This document shows, one piece after another, positions 37,632-50,373 of a stretch of 64,000 nt of DNA. The notes beneath the pieces are model-generated. The model ran no database searches, was not told the origin of the DNA, and saw only the letters and a program-made list of their open reading frames with translations. The position numbers and the translations under genes are program-made. Origin of the DNA: Zootoca vivipara (taxonomy: Eukaryota). How positions within the stretch are numbered: position 1 is the stretch's first letter; each line of letters starts with the position of its first letter. The stretch is taken from assembly GCF_963506605.1 (NCBI RefSeq), contig NC_083287.1, positions 12,214,001-12,278,000 on the forward strand. Direction: 5' to 3'.

Positions 37632-39744
37632 TACATGGGAAGCACGTCCGACAATACAGCAATATATACAGACATATACGGACACCAGCTCATTAAAAGA
37701 CATCGGAGAGAAATTTATAAACTTTATAAATTTATAAACTTTACTTTTAGAACGAAGCCCAGTGTCTTTAATGAGAACTAGACAAACAAAGGAGAGATAA
37801 GAGGACTGAATACCAAATAATTGGGCAGAGAATAAGATGATTTAAAAAATGGCTCTTGTGGGTTAACAACACAGAAACTTGGCTACAGAAGATGCGAGCC
37901 ACAGAAACAACAGCACATTAGACTGAGAATAAAGATGGATATTAGTTTTGAATTTGAAAAATACCGAAAATGCAGAGACATGAATGAGGATGATTATCTC
38001 TAGACACCTGGAACATGGGAAGTCCCAAGAATTTTTTTATAATTGGAATATATAATTGGTGTATTATTATTATTGTAATTTGGATTTATTTGCTTTAATT
38101 TGTCATTAATTGGAAGATTGTTATTGAAAGTGAATAATTTTTTAACAAAATAAATAAATAAATAAAAGTATGCTGCAAACTGATGTAGAAATGTGGACAG
38201 ATGAGAAATGAGAAAATGGGGGCACTTTCGCACTTACCTTTTAAAGTGGTATCATTACTATTCCCTCTCGCTTTAATATTTGCATACTACAGTGTGATGT
38301 TGTCATTATTCATCTACTGTGTCTGAATAATGCAAAGTTTTACAAAACTGCAAAGATCTTCCCTTTATGAAATATCTGGAATAGATTCTCAATATTGTTA
38401 TTTGTTTGGCATGTATACAAGTACAATCCCACTTTCTATGTGGAAGGGGTAGGGGTTGATGGGCATTGTTTTGGAGACACCTGTTTTGTGCCCCACTTCC
38501 CTTTGACTGGTGCCAAGCTGTCAGTTTGTGAGCTATTTAGTTCAGAGGAGAGAGATGGCAGCCAGCAAAGGGAGATCAGGGACGAGCTGTAGTGGGCCAT
38601 GGGGTTTCATGGAGACTTCAAGAGGCAAGTTCAGGACTTGGTGTCAGTAGTTATCTAAATGTGCAGTGTCATGCCTGTGCATTTTAAAAAAACAAAACTA
38701 ACACGTTTTTGCCATCCATTTGTCTCCGTTGCTGGGGGTTAAGTCAGACCACTGTGTTCACACCATCCAAGTGACCTACCTGGGGTGCAAGCCTGGGCTG
38801 GCAGTGTGTATGGAATTCCTGGGCTGCCCAGATGACAAGACCCCTCTCTTGGCCAAAGTAAAGCAGAGCAATGCATTTGGGACCAGCTTAGCTGCAGGAG
38901 TTGGCAGAAGAAGGTGTACAAGGCACCACCCAACCGTCTTAGGGAATCCACTCCGGATTTGTGTAGGGTTTGCTCCTTAACCCTTCGTTCTCCCAAAGGT
39001 ATCCTGCAAAGCAGCGGAAGTTTAGGATCAGAGCTTTTCGCCTAACCTCTTCTAATCTCCTATACACTTCCAAATGGTTAGAATTCTGGAATACTAGGCT
39101 TTCTGCACTGCCCTCACTCCCACAAAAGGGCTATCTCAGTATACATGCTCCTGGCTAACATCTACTGGCTAGAGGAACATGAGGGTACATAAGGGATGTG
39201 ACCATAGCAACAGGACTTTTCTCAAATTGGGCACCACCCACCATTAATGTGGAAGGGGGAAACAACAAATGACCATCAGTGCAGAGAATCAGCTCCAAAA
39301 TCACTTGTAAAACTGTGCCAGTATACATGGCAAGTGTAGAAAGCCCTGAGAGAACCTAAAATGCCAGATCCAGCCTTCTCTAGGTACTTGGAGATGTAGC
39401 CATACTGCTGAAGTTTGGGGCAGCTGGTCCAGTAAGCCCTTCCTGTGCATCAAGGCCAACCTTCAAGGATTTCTGAGACTCTTGCATGAACATTGGGCAA
39501 GGCAGCTTTGAAGACAACCTCGGAAGTCCTATATAAACAGCTCTGCAAGTTCTTCGGAGTGTATTAAATGAAGAACCAGATGCTCGCTTCTGATACCATT
39601 ATCAGTAATCCACAGAGTGAAAAACCCTTAAATGGAACCCATTTCCTATGTGAAAAAATATATGTGGTTTCATAAAGATATTGAACAGCAAAATTGGTAG
39701 ATGAAGATTTTCTTTGTTGTCTTTTTGTGTTTTACAGCATGGGC

Positions 39745-40051
39745 TGCTGCAATCCAGTTTTGTGCAATTGAAATCCACGGAGTAGTAAGATACATTGCAG
39801 TTTTTAAAATCCTCTGCAGAGGTACAGAAACAGAGTTTTGCTAGCCTGCTAAACAATTATTTTTAGAAGGAGGGAACTGTTTCTTTATCTTTTTTTTTTT
39901 TTTAGAAAGGAGAAACATTTGTTCACTAGAAATTTGCAGAACAAGTATTTCTTCACACAGGAAGGCACTTTTTTTTTTACAACGTGCCTGGTCCAAAAAT
40001 TCTAGCTTTCACCAGCATCTCTTAAAAGCAAGCGACTGTAAATTGGTAAGT
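39745..40051 (+). promoter_or_regulatory. Putative promoter / non-coding exon 1 of CCR paralog D (donor TTG|GTAAGT at 40046)
   Basis: Homologous block with TTGTGCAAT near 39760. Confidence 0.6.
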
Positions 40052-40288
40052 AAATTTGAATTGGGGGGTTGCATTTATATTTATTAATTAACAGCAAAAA
40101 AAAGTTAAGAATGATTAGGAATGATGCATGAAAGTACCAGTAACCCACCAAGATGTAAAAAGGGCCGTTATTACATATTACAAACCCTGAAAACTGATTA
40201 TTAATATTGATGACCCAGTTAACGCCTTCTTTACATTCATATCATTCAGAAAAAAAGCGATGAAGACAGAATTGGTCTATTCTGCCAT

Positions 40289-40289
40289 T

Positions 40290-40343
<54 letters not shown>
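40289..40343. repeat. (TA)n(GA)n compound microsatellite
   Basis: Direct observation. Confidence 0.95.
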
Positions 40344-40346
<3 letters not shown>

Positions 40347-40733
40347 AGATGCAGTTAATAGTTTTTCAATAGTTTGAATTAGATATGAAAGAGCTATTCT
40401 TCTCCGCAGTGAGGTATCCAATCAGATCGTTGTCCTGAATTTTGACAAGAGAATACTGTGGGCAGTTGTTCCCTGGGCAAAAGTAGCAAAATCCTTCCCC
40501 CTTTAAATCTTGGATGTCATTTATTCATATGCAGACTGAGGGCCATTTAACAAGGAAAACACTCCTATGTGAGTAATACAATACCGCCAAAAAAGAATGT
40601 GTATCTAATACTGTGTTGTCATGACAGGCTGCCACAAATGCATGCCTTGCACATGACTGTGTAAATATGGACCACATGCTATTTTTTGATATTTTGTTAT
40701 TAGGGAAGTTTGCTGTTTGCCGTATGCCATTTT

Positions 40734-42475
40734 TAAAAAAAATAATATTTATTGAATTTTCCAACATTACAAATCAATATACCTTCACATCAGCTTTATA
40801 TCTTCAGCAAAAAAGAGCAACAAAAATAAGAAAAAGAAGAAAGAAAAAATACAAAAAAGAGAAAAAACAAACACATTAAAAAAAATTAAACAACTAATAT
40901 ATAGACCATTGTAATAAACTTTGACTTTCCCGTTCCATCCTTCCCAAGTCTTGTTAATATCCCATTTTGGCAATTTTCCTAATTCTTTACATTTATCCAC
41001 ATATCTCAAATAAATCCTTATAATATCAAATTACATACAATCCCTTCAATTATACTCCCCACACTTTAATTCTATAACAATCCCCTTTAGCCTCCTGTTT
41101 TCCCTAAAAATCTCCTCAAATCTCTATTTCTAGCAGTTTCTAACAAAAAAGAACATTTATTATTTTACAAAAGATCACCCTCCTTCACCCGGGTGCCCTT
41201 CTCTGGATGACCCGACCAGCATCTTTAAACAGTCCGATTTTAAACCGTATTATCCGTCTCTTAGTTGTAATGTCCTCTGGCAATCAACCTATTCCGTCTC
41301 TCACCCACTCCAACCCCCTCTCTTCTTTCCAGCAACCCTTCTGTCTCCCCCATTGTTCATATCCTTCGCCCGGACCTACCCTCCCCTCTCTCACTGAGGA
41401 GGTTCGACTCCGGGCCATCGCTTGCTTATTTTTCCCTGGAGCCAGCTCTCCTCCTCTCACTAGGAGAGATAGCTCCTGGGTTTCTTTACGCATTGGAGCT
41501 CCTTGGTAGCAATCTAGGTCCTGCGCAAACTCTCTCACCGCTTGCGCTTCGATCCAAAACTTCTTCTCCTCTTGTTCTGTCACCTTTGTATCAGTATTTT
41601 TGTCATCCTCTAGTTCGTCCTCTTGTTTTTCCTCCTTGTCAATGGAGAGAAGTCGTTGCTGTGTCTCAAGGCATAACTTTGTAATCCTTTTGTATTCTTT
41701 TACTCCTTCAAAGATTTCGTAGATTTTCCCCCAGACTCTTTGTATCCCATTCTCTCCCATCTTGTGATGTTGTTTAGTCTAGGGATTTCCTTTGTCCTCT
41801 CCAATTTCAATTTGGCGATCAGGCAGAAGTGTCGGAGACGTGTCTTAAACTTCGCCAGCCGGGGCTCCAGATTCCCGCTCCCGGTTTCCAAAGGGGTCGT
41901 CAATTAGAAAAATAAAACCAATTTTGCAGAAATCCAATCTTGTAACATAGAATCGTCTCCCCTTGGCTCTGCTAACCACAGGGGAGAACTCCTGCTTGCT
42001 ATTTTTAGGGAGATTCCAAGTCCCGTTCCAGCTTAGTAGCTGCAGGCTCAGTAATTGCGTCTAGAGAGCCTCAGTGAAGGGGGGGGAACGACCTCCGTCA
42101 TCTTTAAATTCCTCCCCCAAGTCCGAATTATTTTCAATTTAAATATAAAAGCTTACTTGAAAGTCCAATTTTGATTTTGGAGGCATCTGGTGCACAGTTG
42201 GTGTCGGCTCGGAGCTTTGCGCCGCAGAGTAAGCGTATCGTCCCGAGGCTCCGTCGCGCGCCGCCTGCTGACTTCACCCCCTAAAAAAGGGGGGTTACTC
42301 GCAGCGGCCGCAACTTTAAGGAGCTCTGCCGGGTGCCACGTCCCTGGACAGCCGTCCAGGGGTTCTCTGGGGGGCCACCTCGCTCGGATGGCCTTCCCCC
42401 CCCCCCTGCAACGCCCGGGGATCTCGGAGATCGAGAATCCCCCGCCGATACCAGTGGCCGCCAGACCGGAAGTCC
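40734..42475 (-). mobile_element. Short (~1.74 kb) L1-dependent non-autonomous retroelement with CpG-rich 5' end
   Basis: 15-bp TSD GCCGTATGCCATTTT (40719-40733, 42476-42490), TTTT/AA target, 5' end GGACTTCCGG, AATAAA near the 3' end. Confidence 0.75.
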
Positions 42476-43071
42476 GCCGTATGCCATTTTAAATACGTGG
42501 TATGATAACGATTTCGAATGAAAAAGAGGAGGCTTACTATTGGATTAGCAAAATGCCCATCACTTTGGGCACTGAAGGAGAGACCTGAATTTTGCAGGGA
42601 ACCCTGCGGGCATCTATGCGCACTGCTTGTGGGCACATCTACCCATGGGATTCCTGCTAGGGAGGGCAGGCTATTCGGTGAACAGATTTTGCCCTCGCTC
42701 CAACAACGTCCCTGAAAATGTTGCCGAGTTTCCCCATAGGAATGAATGGCTCCTATCTGTTTAAGTGGAATAAATTAAAGGGAAGCCATAGCTATCTGCT
42801 CCCTGCACCTGGACATCCTAGCCTTCAGGGGAAATGACTGTAGCTTGGTGAGGAGGTGTCTGTTTTCCATGTAGAAGGTCCCCGGTCTGACCTCAGCCAT
42901 CTCTGGTTGGGGCTGGAAATACCCCTTTATGAAAACCCTGTCAGCGTAGAGATAGTATTCATGGTTGGTCTGATTTGGTATTAGGAAGTTTCCTATATTC
43001 TCATCAAAGTCTTCATTTACCTAGGCTGTATAGCTCCATCCTGGGTTTTCCAATCATGCTTTGGTTCCAGC

Positions 43072-43204
43072 CAGTGCTGTTTTTCTAGAAAAGGAGGTGC
43101 CACGAACTTCTGCCGTGTTCACTTAGAATGGCAATGGCACCTACCTGAGAGGTGCCGGAGCTGAGATCCGATGAGCTGGCTGAAAAAAGAAAATAAAAGC
43201 CCTG
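43072..43204. mobile_element. hAT-type MITE
   Basis: CAGTGCT / AGCCCTG ends; TSD GTTC(C/T)AGC. Confidence 0.6.
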
Positions 43205-46200
43205 GTTCTAGCATTGGTTATTTAGATTGAGCTACAATCCACCGTGTTCCCAGTCACGCCCCAGCTTTAAAGCTGCTACATGTCTATCAAGCACAACGCT
43301 AACTCAGGGATCAAAGACAGAGGCGATGAAGTGGGATAATTTAGTTGCAAACCAGGCCGTATCCAGTTTACCGTTTGGTCCATTCACCTCAGTGCTTGAA
43401 GTGGGAAGAAAAAGAGGGTGTGTTAGTATTTTGGTCTGCTTTTTGATTTGTTCTGTTTTTGATCTTTTTGGAAAGAAGCAGGATGACATCCCACTTGCTG
43501 CCAACCAACTGTGAACACTGCATTTAAGGAAAGTGGCCGAGAGCGCCTCACCCATTAAATTTCAAACGCAATGCAATTATTGCTATTATATTTCTAGCCA
43601 ACTCTATGGTTATGAACTCTATGGTCCATAACACGATGATGACAATCATTGGGCCAAGCACACTAGAGTGGAAGCCCCAGAAGGAAGCCCCACTGAGTTC
43701 AAACGTGTATTAGAACTGGTCTGCTTCTGACTGTTCTTAGAAACACTTTACTAGGTCCATGTACTAAGTATGCATGGTAAAATCAGCAGCCTCTTTGCTA
43801 AAAAAAGAAAGGGGTGGGTGACATATTTTATACCATTATAAAGTGAAATCACAATGTTGTTAGAACGTGATGCTGATAATGCCAGGGTTGCAAGTTCAAT
43901 CCTCATATTGGATAGCTGCCATATTCCTGCACTGCAGGGGGTTGGACTAGATGATCCTCAGGGTCCCTTCCAACTCTACAATTCTATGCTGCTAACAAAT
44001 GCTCCTAAAACACAAGGCTCGTTTTGCAATTGGTAATACCCGAAAACAAGCCTCTCAGCTTCGCTGAAAATGTTGCCTTCCTCCCTACTGAAATCTGAAA
44101 TATCATTCTTGCAAAAGCACCATTATCTTTGAGTCACAGCTCCTCCAGCCAACCCCACCCTGTACTCTGTGATATGGAGATAACGACGACTTATCTTACA
44201 GAGTTGTGAGGAGGATTACATGTGTGTGTGTGTGTTAGCTTGCAAAATTCATTCGCTCTGGCAAATGAGGTTTGCCCACCTCTATACATCGAATGCAACC
44301 TAGCATTAATTATTGGCATGACTGGTGTTTAGCAACATTAAATATTCCTAGAGAGAGTCTAGTCAGTGGCTAAGTTCAATGTTTTGTCTTCAGCATTTAT
44401 GGAAGGTTGATGTACTTGTCTGTCTTGGCACATGAGTTTGCAAAAGCGGGTTAGTAAAATTTTTAGCACGTGTTATTAATTAATTAACAGGAAACTCTGG
44501 GAACTGCAGTTCTGGAAGGAGGGATGGAATGGTGTGTGTGTGTGTGTGCGTGCCTAACTGATCATTCTCTGCATACTCATTAAACTACTGTTCCCAGGAA
44601 TCTTTGCAGAACACCACAGTTAAAGCGGTATAGAGGCCATTATCAGGTGTTTTGCTGATCATTTTCTTGGGAAAATGTATGTGCACAGACATGAAGGCAA
44701 TTTAAACTATTATGTTCAATCCATTCCTGACACAGAAACACATCTTTCCCATAGAAAGCATATGCATTTTAAGTGGAAATCTAACCACTGGAACAGTTGC
44801 TCCATGGCTATTTATGTGGCTAGGATTGCACCATAAATCTTCAGTTAAATTATTGCAACAGTGCCTTCTTTCTGATTTTGTTAGTTCATTTCTGTAGCCC
44901 CTCTGTGTCTTCTTTTCACAAGAATTCATTATTCATGCTCATGTAGGATAACCTGCACAAACATCTCTTTTTGAAAGTTATAAAGGTAGTCTACCAACCA
45001 AGAACGACGCTTCCAAGAGTTTTAGGGCTGCTTCAGGAATTATCTAGTTAACAAATGAGCATGTCATGATGAGTACGTTCTACAGCAGGGATGATAAACC
45101 TATGGGCCACATTTGCACCTAGCAAATGTGCCTGTCCTGATATGAGGACAATGTAACAGAGATGGCGAGTCGCTGACCCTCCAGATGTTGCTGTACTACA
45201 GCACCCCACCCTTCATCACACCAGCTGAAGATGATGAGTCAACAACCTCTGGAGGCACAGAGGTTTCCCATCTGCATGGTATAGGAAGCCATGACCAATT
45301 GTTTATTCCTGTGCCATGGAGTTGCAGGAAACGCTTATTTCAAAACACGAATAGCAGGGCAAAGAACTGCAAAACGTATTTTGGAAGTCCTAAGGAGGTT
45401 GAGATTTGGCTTCCATCAGCAGCCCTTTGTGCAATGTGGCAAACTGCTCTTGAAACCAAGGCAGTTTTTTTCTCTTGTAGCTGATTTTTAACTAAAGCAG
45501 CCTTGGGAAACTTGTTAAGTTTGAATTAAGGGGCACCTTGATTTGTTTAACTAAAAATTCACACACACCAGCTCCCACCTCCCCCCCGTGAGCAAAACAA
45601 CAATCCAACATTATTGTGTGTAGGGCAGAGGTTGAGAAGAAAAATATTTGGGTGGGGGACAGCTTATTTATTCATTTAATAACATTGCTTTACTGGCTTG
45701 GTTATAGAAGGGTTAAACGGCCCCTATCATATCACCTGACGAACAATTTTTATTTTCCATTTCCCAGTCTCAGACTCTACACAGTTCCCAGGTGACACCA
45801 GAACTTCAGTGGCCATTTCTGCATCTTCCAGGGTGACCCCATTTCCCATAGGGACATTATTCCCTGTGTTGGTACTGTTTAAATCATGTTAAAAAGTAAT
45901 TTACACCTTGTGTTCAAGACTGCCTTCAACCTTTTGCAGGGTTGTAACTGTTCCTAGAGGCGAGGCAAGAAACCTTCAGCTCGAGGTGAGTTCTTGTATT
46001 TCTAGGTCAATAGTGTCGAACATCTGCCCTTTGGGCCAACCTGGGCCTACCAGGCTTCCCCATTTGGTCTGTCAGGCCATTTGGGGCAAGCCAGAAGCAC
46101 CCACACTACACCTGATGTCATACAGGTAAGGAAAGAGCTTGACTAGAAGGGCACAGCTTGGGGACCTAGCACTAAGCATATTTGTTCTCCCTGGCGGACT

Positions 46201-47605
46201 TTAGGCTTTCCAATTTCAATGCCAAAATTCAGTGCCCCCTGCCTCTCACCTTCTGTTCCAAGTCATAGTTGTGTCCCCCTTCCAGCTCGGTGCTCATTGT
46301 GGGTAAACTGGTTGCATTCCCTTATATTCACCTCTGGGAGACAGATGCTGCTGAGGTCATGGGCAGCAACACAAAGTAGGAGTTAAGAGACAGGGGGAAA
46401 TGGGAGTAAGCAAAACAGGGTGATGTTACAAGGCGTAGGAGCATGTAAGCGATTTAAAAATACTTTTTGCATCACCATCGATTAGTTGATTTTAGTTCCA
46501 GAAAAACAACGTATCACCTAGTCACAGTAGAAATGTCATGCGGTTCCTACCCCAAAAATGAAGGAACGAGCAAACCACAAGGCAAAGTTTGAGATGGTTA
46601 AGCCCTCTGTCCTTCAACCACATTCGAGCTTGAAAAATGTAACTATAGCTCCTCCAAATGGCAGAAAAGTAGTTGCAATGCACTCTCTTCGTTTCTACAG
46701 GGCTGACTACTAAAGAAATCCTCAGCCAACTTTTGCCCAGTGATATACTGTACACATTTACTAACATACTTTGTCAGAGAATGGGGTGGGTGGAGACAAA
46801 ACTTTTCACAAGATAACCATTTCATGTTGATTTTTTTCTGAGCTTCATTACAGCAACTGGGCATCCAACAGTTTCTTCACGTTTTGTTAAGATACTTTTC
46901 GGGCTGTACAAAATTTGGGTCAACATCCAAGGGTGATTTCATATGGCCATCTTTTTTGGGCGACTTTAATAAAAATGAAACTACTATATACTAACAATGA
47001 TGAAGATGCTTTCATTCAGCCTCTTTCATTTTGGATACGGTACGACACTTTTTCCAACAGAGGCTGCTCATTTGTTAAACTGCAAGTGATCAGTGTAGAA
47101 TCTACTGAGTGATGCAATGGGTTTCCAAGGTTTACATTAGACTACCTGTAATTCCTCTCTCTCTTCATGATTGTAATGATATGTACAAAATATACGTACC
47201 GTACAATGTGGGATTCAAAATGTGCTGAAACAGTGCTGGGGCACCAAGCAAACTATAATGGAAAGAATGGCATTTTGGCAATAGGCTCACTGCTTATAAT
47301 CACTCCTATACAACTGTTTCTGCACAGATACCCAATGTTGTTATTATTGAGTTGCATAATTGCACATCTGTAGATTGATGAAGTCCCAGCAGTTATTGAT
47401 CTTTAATAAGCAGGTGCTTAGCCCAAACATGAAAACATCTGCATGAACAAAATCTTTTGTTTTCTGTATTTTGATTTCTCCCCTCCTGTGTTGAAAGTTC
47501 AGTATATTCTCCTATGTACGGAAACCAGCATTTTATTATTACTGTGCATGCAGTTTGGATGTGTAAATATAAATGAACATATCTTCTACAATTGCAGAGA
47601 ACAAG

Positions 47606-48682
47606 ATGTCCATTACTATGAGCACATCAGACTACGGAGATGTAACAACCACAGAATACATTTATGACGAAACAGCAGAACCATGCCCAAGTGACAATGT
47701 TAATGAATTTGCTTCCCAGTTCCTGCCACCGCTTTACTCTTTGGTGCTCATATTTGGCTTGCTGGGCAACTCACTGGTGGTGCTGATCCTCATCAGATAT
47801 AAGAAACTCAAGAACATGACCGATATCTACCTGCTCAATTTAGCCCTCTCGGACCTGCTTTTCATCTTCACACTCCCATTTTGGGCTTATTACGCAGCCC
47901 ACGAGTGGATATTTGGAGATGCAATGTGCAAAATTCTCTCTGGGATCTATTATGTAGGCTTCTACAGCGGAAGTTTTTTCATAATCCTTTTGACGATCGA
48001 TCGATATCTAGCCATCGTCCATGCGGTGTTTGCATTAAAAGCCCGGACAGTTACCTATGGCATCCTCACAAGCGTTGTCATGTGGGGCGTGGCATTCCTA
48101 GCCTCTGTGCCGGTATTGGTCTTCAACAGATTACAAAAGGAAAACGATCGTTCAGTGTGCACGCCTCATTTTTCTTATGAAACTCAGATCGGCTGGAACC
48201 AGTTCTTTACACTGAAAATGAACCTTATAGGCCTGATATTTCCAATGATCGTCATGACCTTCTGTTATGCACAGATCATAAAAACTCTAATGAAATGCAG
48301 GAATGACAAGAAGAGCAAAGCGGTCCGGCTGATTTTTATCATCATGATAGTTTATTTCATTTTTTGGGCCCCGTACAACATTGTTCTTCTGCTACGGACA
48401 TTCCAAGATGCATTTGATCTCAGTAATTGTGCCTCTATTAGTAATTTGGCTATAGCAGCACAAGCGACAGAAACAATTGCAATGGCTCACTGCTGCATCA
48501 ATCCTGTGATCTATGCTTTTGCTGGCGAGAAGTTCAGAAAATATGTTTGCTGCCTTTTCCGAAAGCATGTGGCTCTCCACCTTCCAAAAACATGCCTCTC
48601 TCTGTATACAGAGCCTCTGGAACGTGCCAGTTCCACATACTCCCAGTCTACTGGGGAGCATGACATGTCAGCGGTATTGTAG
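47606..48682 (+). CDS. CCR5: C-C chemokine receptor type 5-like, paralog D, canonical (358 aa)
   Basis: EPC N-terminal Cys, TLP (TxP) motif, [16 protein letters not shown] (Glu7.39), tail [14 protein letters not shown] resembling human CCR5; acceptor attgcag|agaacaagATG. One-to-one orthology within CCR1/2/3/5 cannot be proven from this window, so the symbol is provisional. Confidence 0.85.
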   Translation: MSITMSTSDYGDVTTTEYIYDETAEPCPSDNVNEFASQFLPPLYSLVLIFGLLGNSLVVLILIRYKKLKNMTDIYLLNLALSDLLFIFTLPFWAYYAAHEWIFGDAMCKILSGIYYVGFYSGSFFIILLTIDRYLAIVHAVFALKARTVTYGILTSVVMWGVAFLASVPVLVFNRLQKENDRSVCTPHFSYETQIGWNQFFTLKMNLIGLIFPMIVMTFCYAQIIKTLMKCRNDKKSKAVRLIFIIMIVYFIFWAPYNIVLLLRTFQDAFDLSNCASISNLAIAAQATETIAMAHCCINPVIYAFAGEKFRKYVCCLFRKHVALHLPKTCLSLYTEPLERASSTYSQSTGEHDMSAVL

Positions 48683-49456
48683 TGGCTTTCCAGAGAGAAT
48701 AAGTAAAACTTACTAGATCCATTGAGTATCACAGTCTAAACTCAGTCTAAAAGGACTGAGTTACTTCTGACAAAAGCTGCTTTTATGGCAAGAGAGAAGA
48801 TCTGGCTTGGATGTATACTGAAATTGCTTGGCTTATGTCAGCTCACAAGCTACGTGATAAACAAATGTTACATGCAAGGCCAATGGAGATGTTATGAACA
48901 TCACCAGGGGTTTAATATCAAGCACATCTTATACGCTGCTCTCTGTTGCATTTGAAATGCATGTGTGTCTTTTCTAAGGTGGGCAAATGTATGCCAAATT
49001 CTTATACGAATGTGTGTGCAAATTGGCATGCTATAGTTCCTTGCAGAATTGAGCCTATTGCTCTGTCCTTAAGGACACTGAACACCCTGCTCCCACACCC
49101 AGTTTGTTTTCTGCAAGGCCATGCATTAACAGACAAAAACCATGTCTTCATTTCACCACCTGCAGCTAGAATGTTGGAAGGGAGCAATGGAAGGGAGCAA
49201 TGGCTATCCACTTTCCTGTCCCTGACAGATCAAACTATGCATCCAAATTATGTTGCATCTGAAGCAAAGGGAAGGTAGGTGCACTGGGAAAACTGGTTGC
49301 AGAGTAAATAGCAGAGCAATTTCCTTCCCAGTTCCAACCATGGCAAAATGAGCCATTGGCATGCAAACAACCTACCCAACTCTTTCCAAGGAAATTATAC
49401 TGAGTGCAAGATCATTGCACTTAACGTCTGGCCTAATGTTGGTTCGAGGCCTTGTA

Positions 49457-50032
49457 CAGTGGAACCTCAGTTTATGAACACCTCGGTTTACAAATTTTCA
49501 GTTTACGAATGCCGCGGACCTATCTGAAACGGATTAATTCACTTTCCATTACTTTCAATGGGAAAGTTTGCTTCAGTTTATGAACGCTTCAGTTTATGAA
49601 CAGACTTCCGGAACCAATTACACCCATGCTTCGGGTTAAGTACGCTTCAGGTTGAGTACTCCGCGGACCCGTCTGGAACAGATTAATCCACTTTCCATTA
49701 CTTTCAATGGGAAAGTTCGCTTCTGGTTAAGTATGCTTCAGGTTAAGTACGGACTTCCGGAACCAATTACACTTATACTTCGGCTTAAGTACGCTTCAGG
49801 TTGAGTACTCCGCGGACCCGTCTGGAACGGATTAATCCACTTTCCATTACTTTCAATGGGAAAGTTCGCTTCAGTTTATGAATGCTTCAGTTTAAGTACT
49901 CTGCGGACCGTCTAGAACAGATTAATCCACTTTCCATTACTTTCAATGGGAAAGTTCGCTTCAGTTTATGAACACTTCAGTTTATGAACAGACTTCTGGA
50001 ACCAATTGTGTTCATAAACTGAGGTACCACTG
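49457..50032. mobile_element. Tc1/mariner-type MITE with 4 internal units
   Basis: TIR CAGTGGAACCTCAGTTTATGAAC, TA TSD; repeated ttccattactttcaatgggaaagt. Confidence 0.88.
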
Positions 50033-50123
50033 TACTATTATGATGCCACAAGCCTGATTGGCAGTAGTTTTCCTTGACAGGTTCTGTGAAGAGAGAGAGA
50101 TGGACTATCATTTTGGGAATGTA

Positions 50124-50373
50124 CAGCTGTACCTTGGTTTTTGAACAGCTTAGTTCTTGAACATTTTGGCTCCCAAACGCCGCAAACCCGGAAGTGAGTG
50201 TTCCGTTTTACGAACTGTTTTTGGAAGCCGAACTTCCGATGGGGCTTCCGCGTCTTCCGATGGGCTGCAGGAGCTTCCTGCAGCTGATCAGAAGCCATGC
50301 TTTGGTTTTCAAACATTTTGGAAGTCGAACAGACTTCTGGAACGGATTCCGTTTGACTCCCAAAGTACGACTG
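50124..50373. mobile_element. Tc1/mariner-type MITE (partial relative at ~5731-5880)
   Basis: TA-CAGCTGTACCTTGG...CCAAAGTACGACTG-TA. Confidence 0.7.

Noticed and set aside
42180-42490. CpG island as a host gene promoter
   Set aside because: It lies inside the TSD-bounded retroelement.
49457-50032. Repeat array superficially like a CRISPR
   Set aside because: Eukaryotic context, no unique spacers, bounded by TIRs and a TA TSD.
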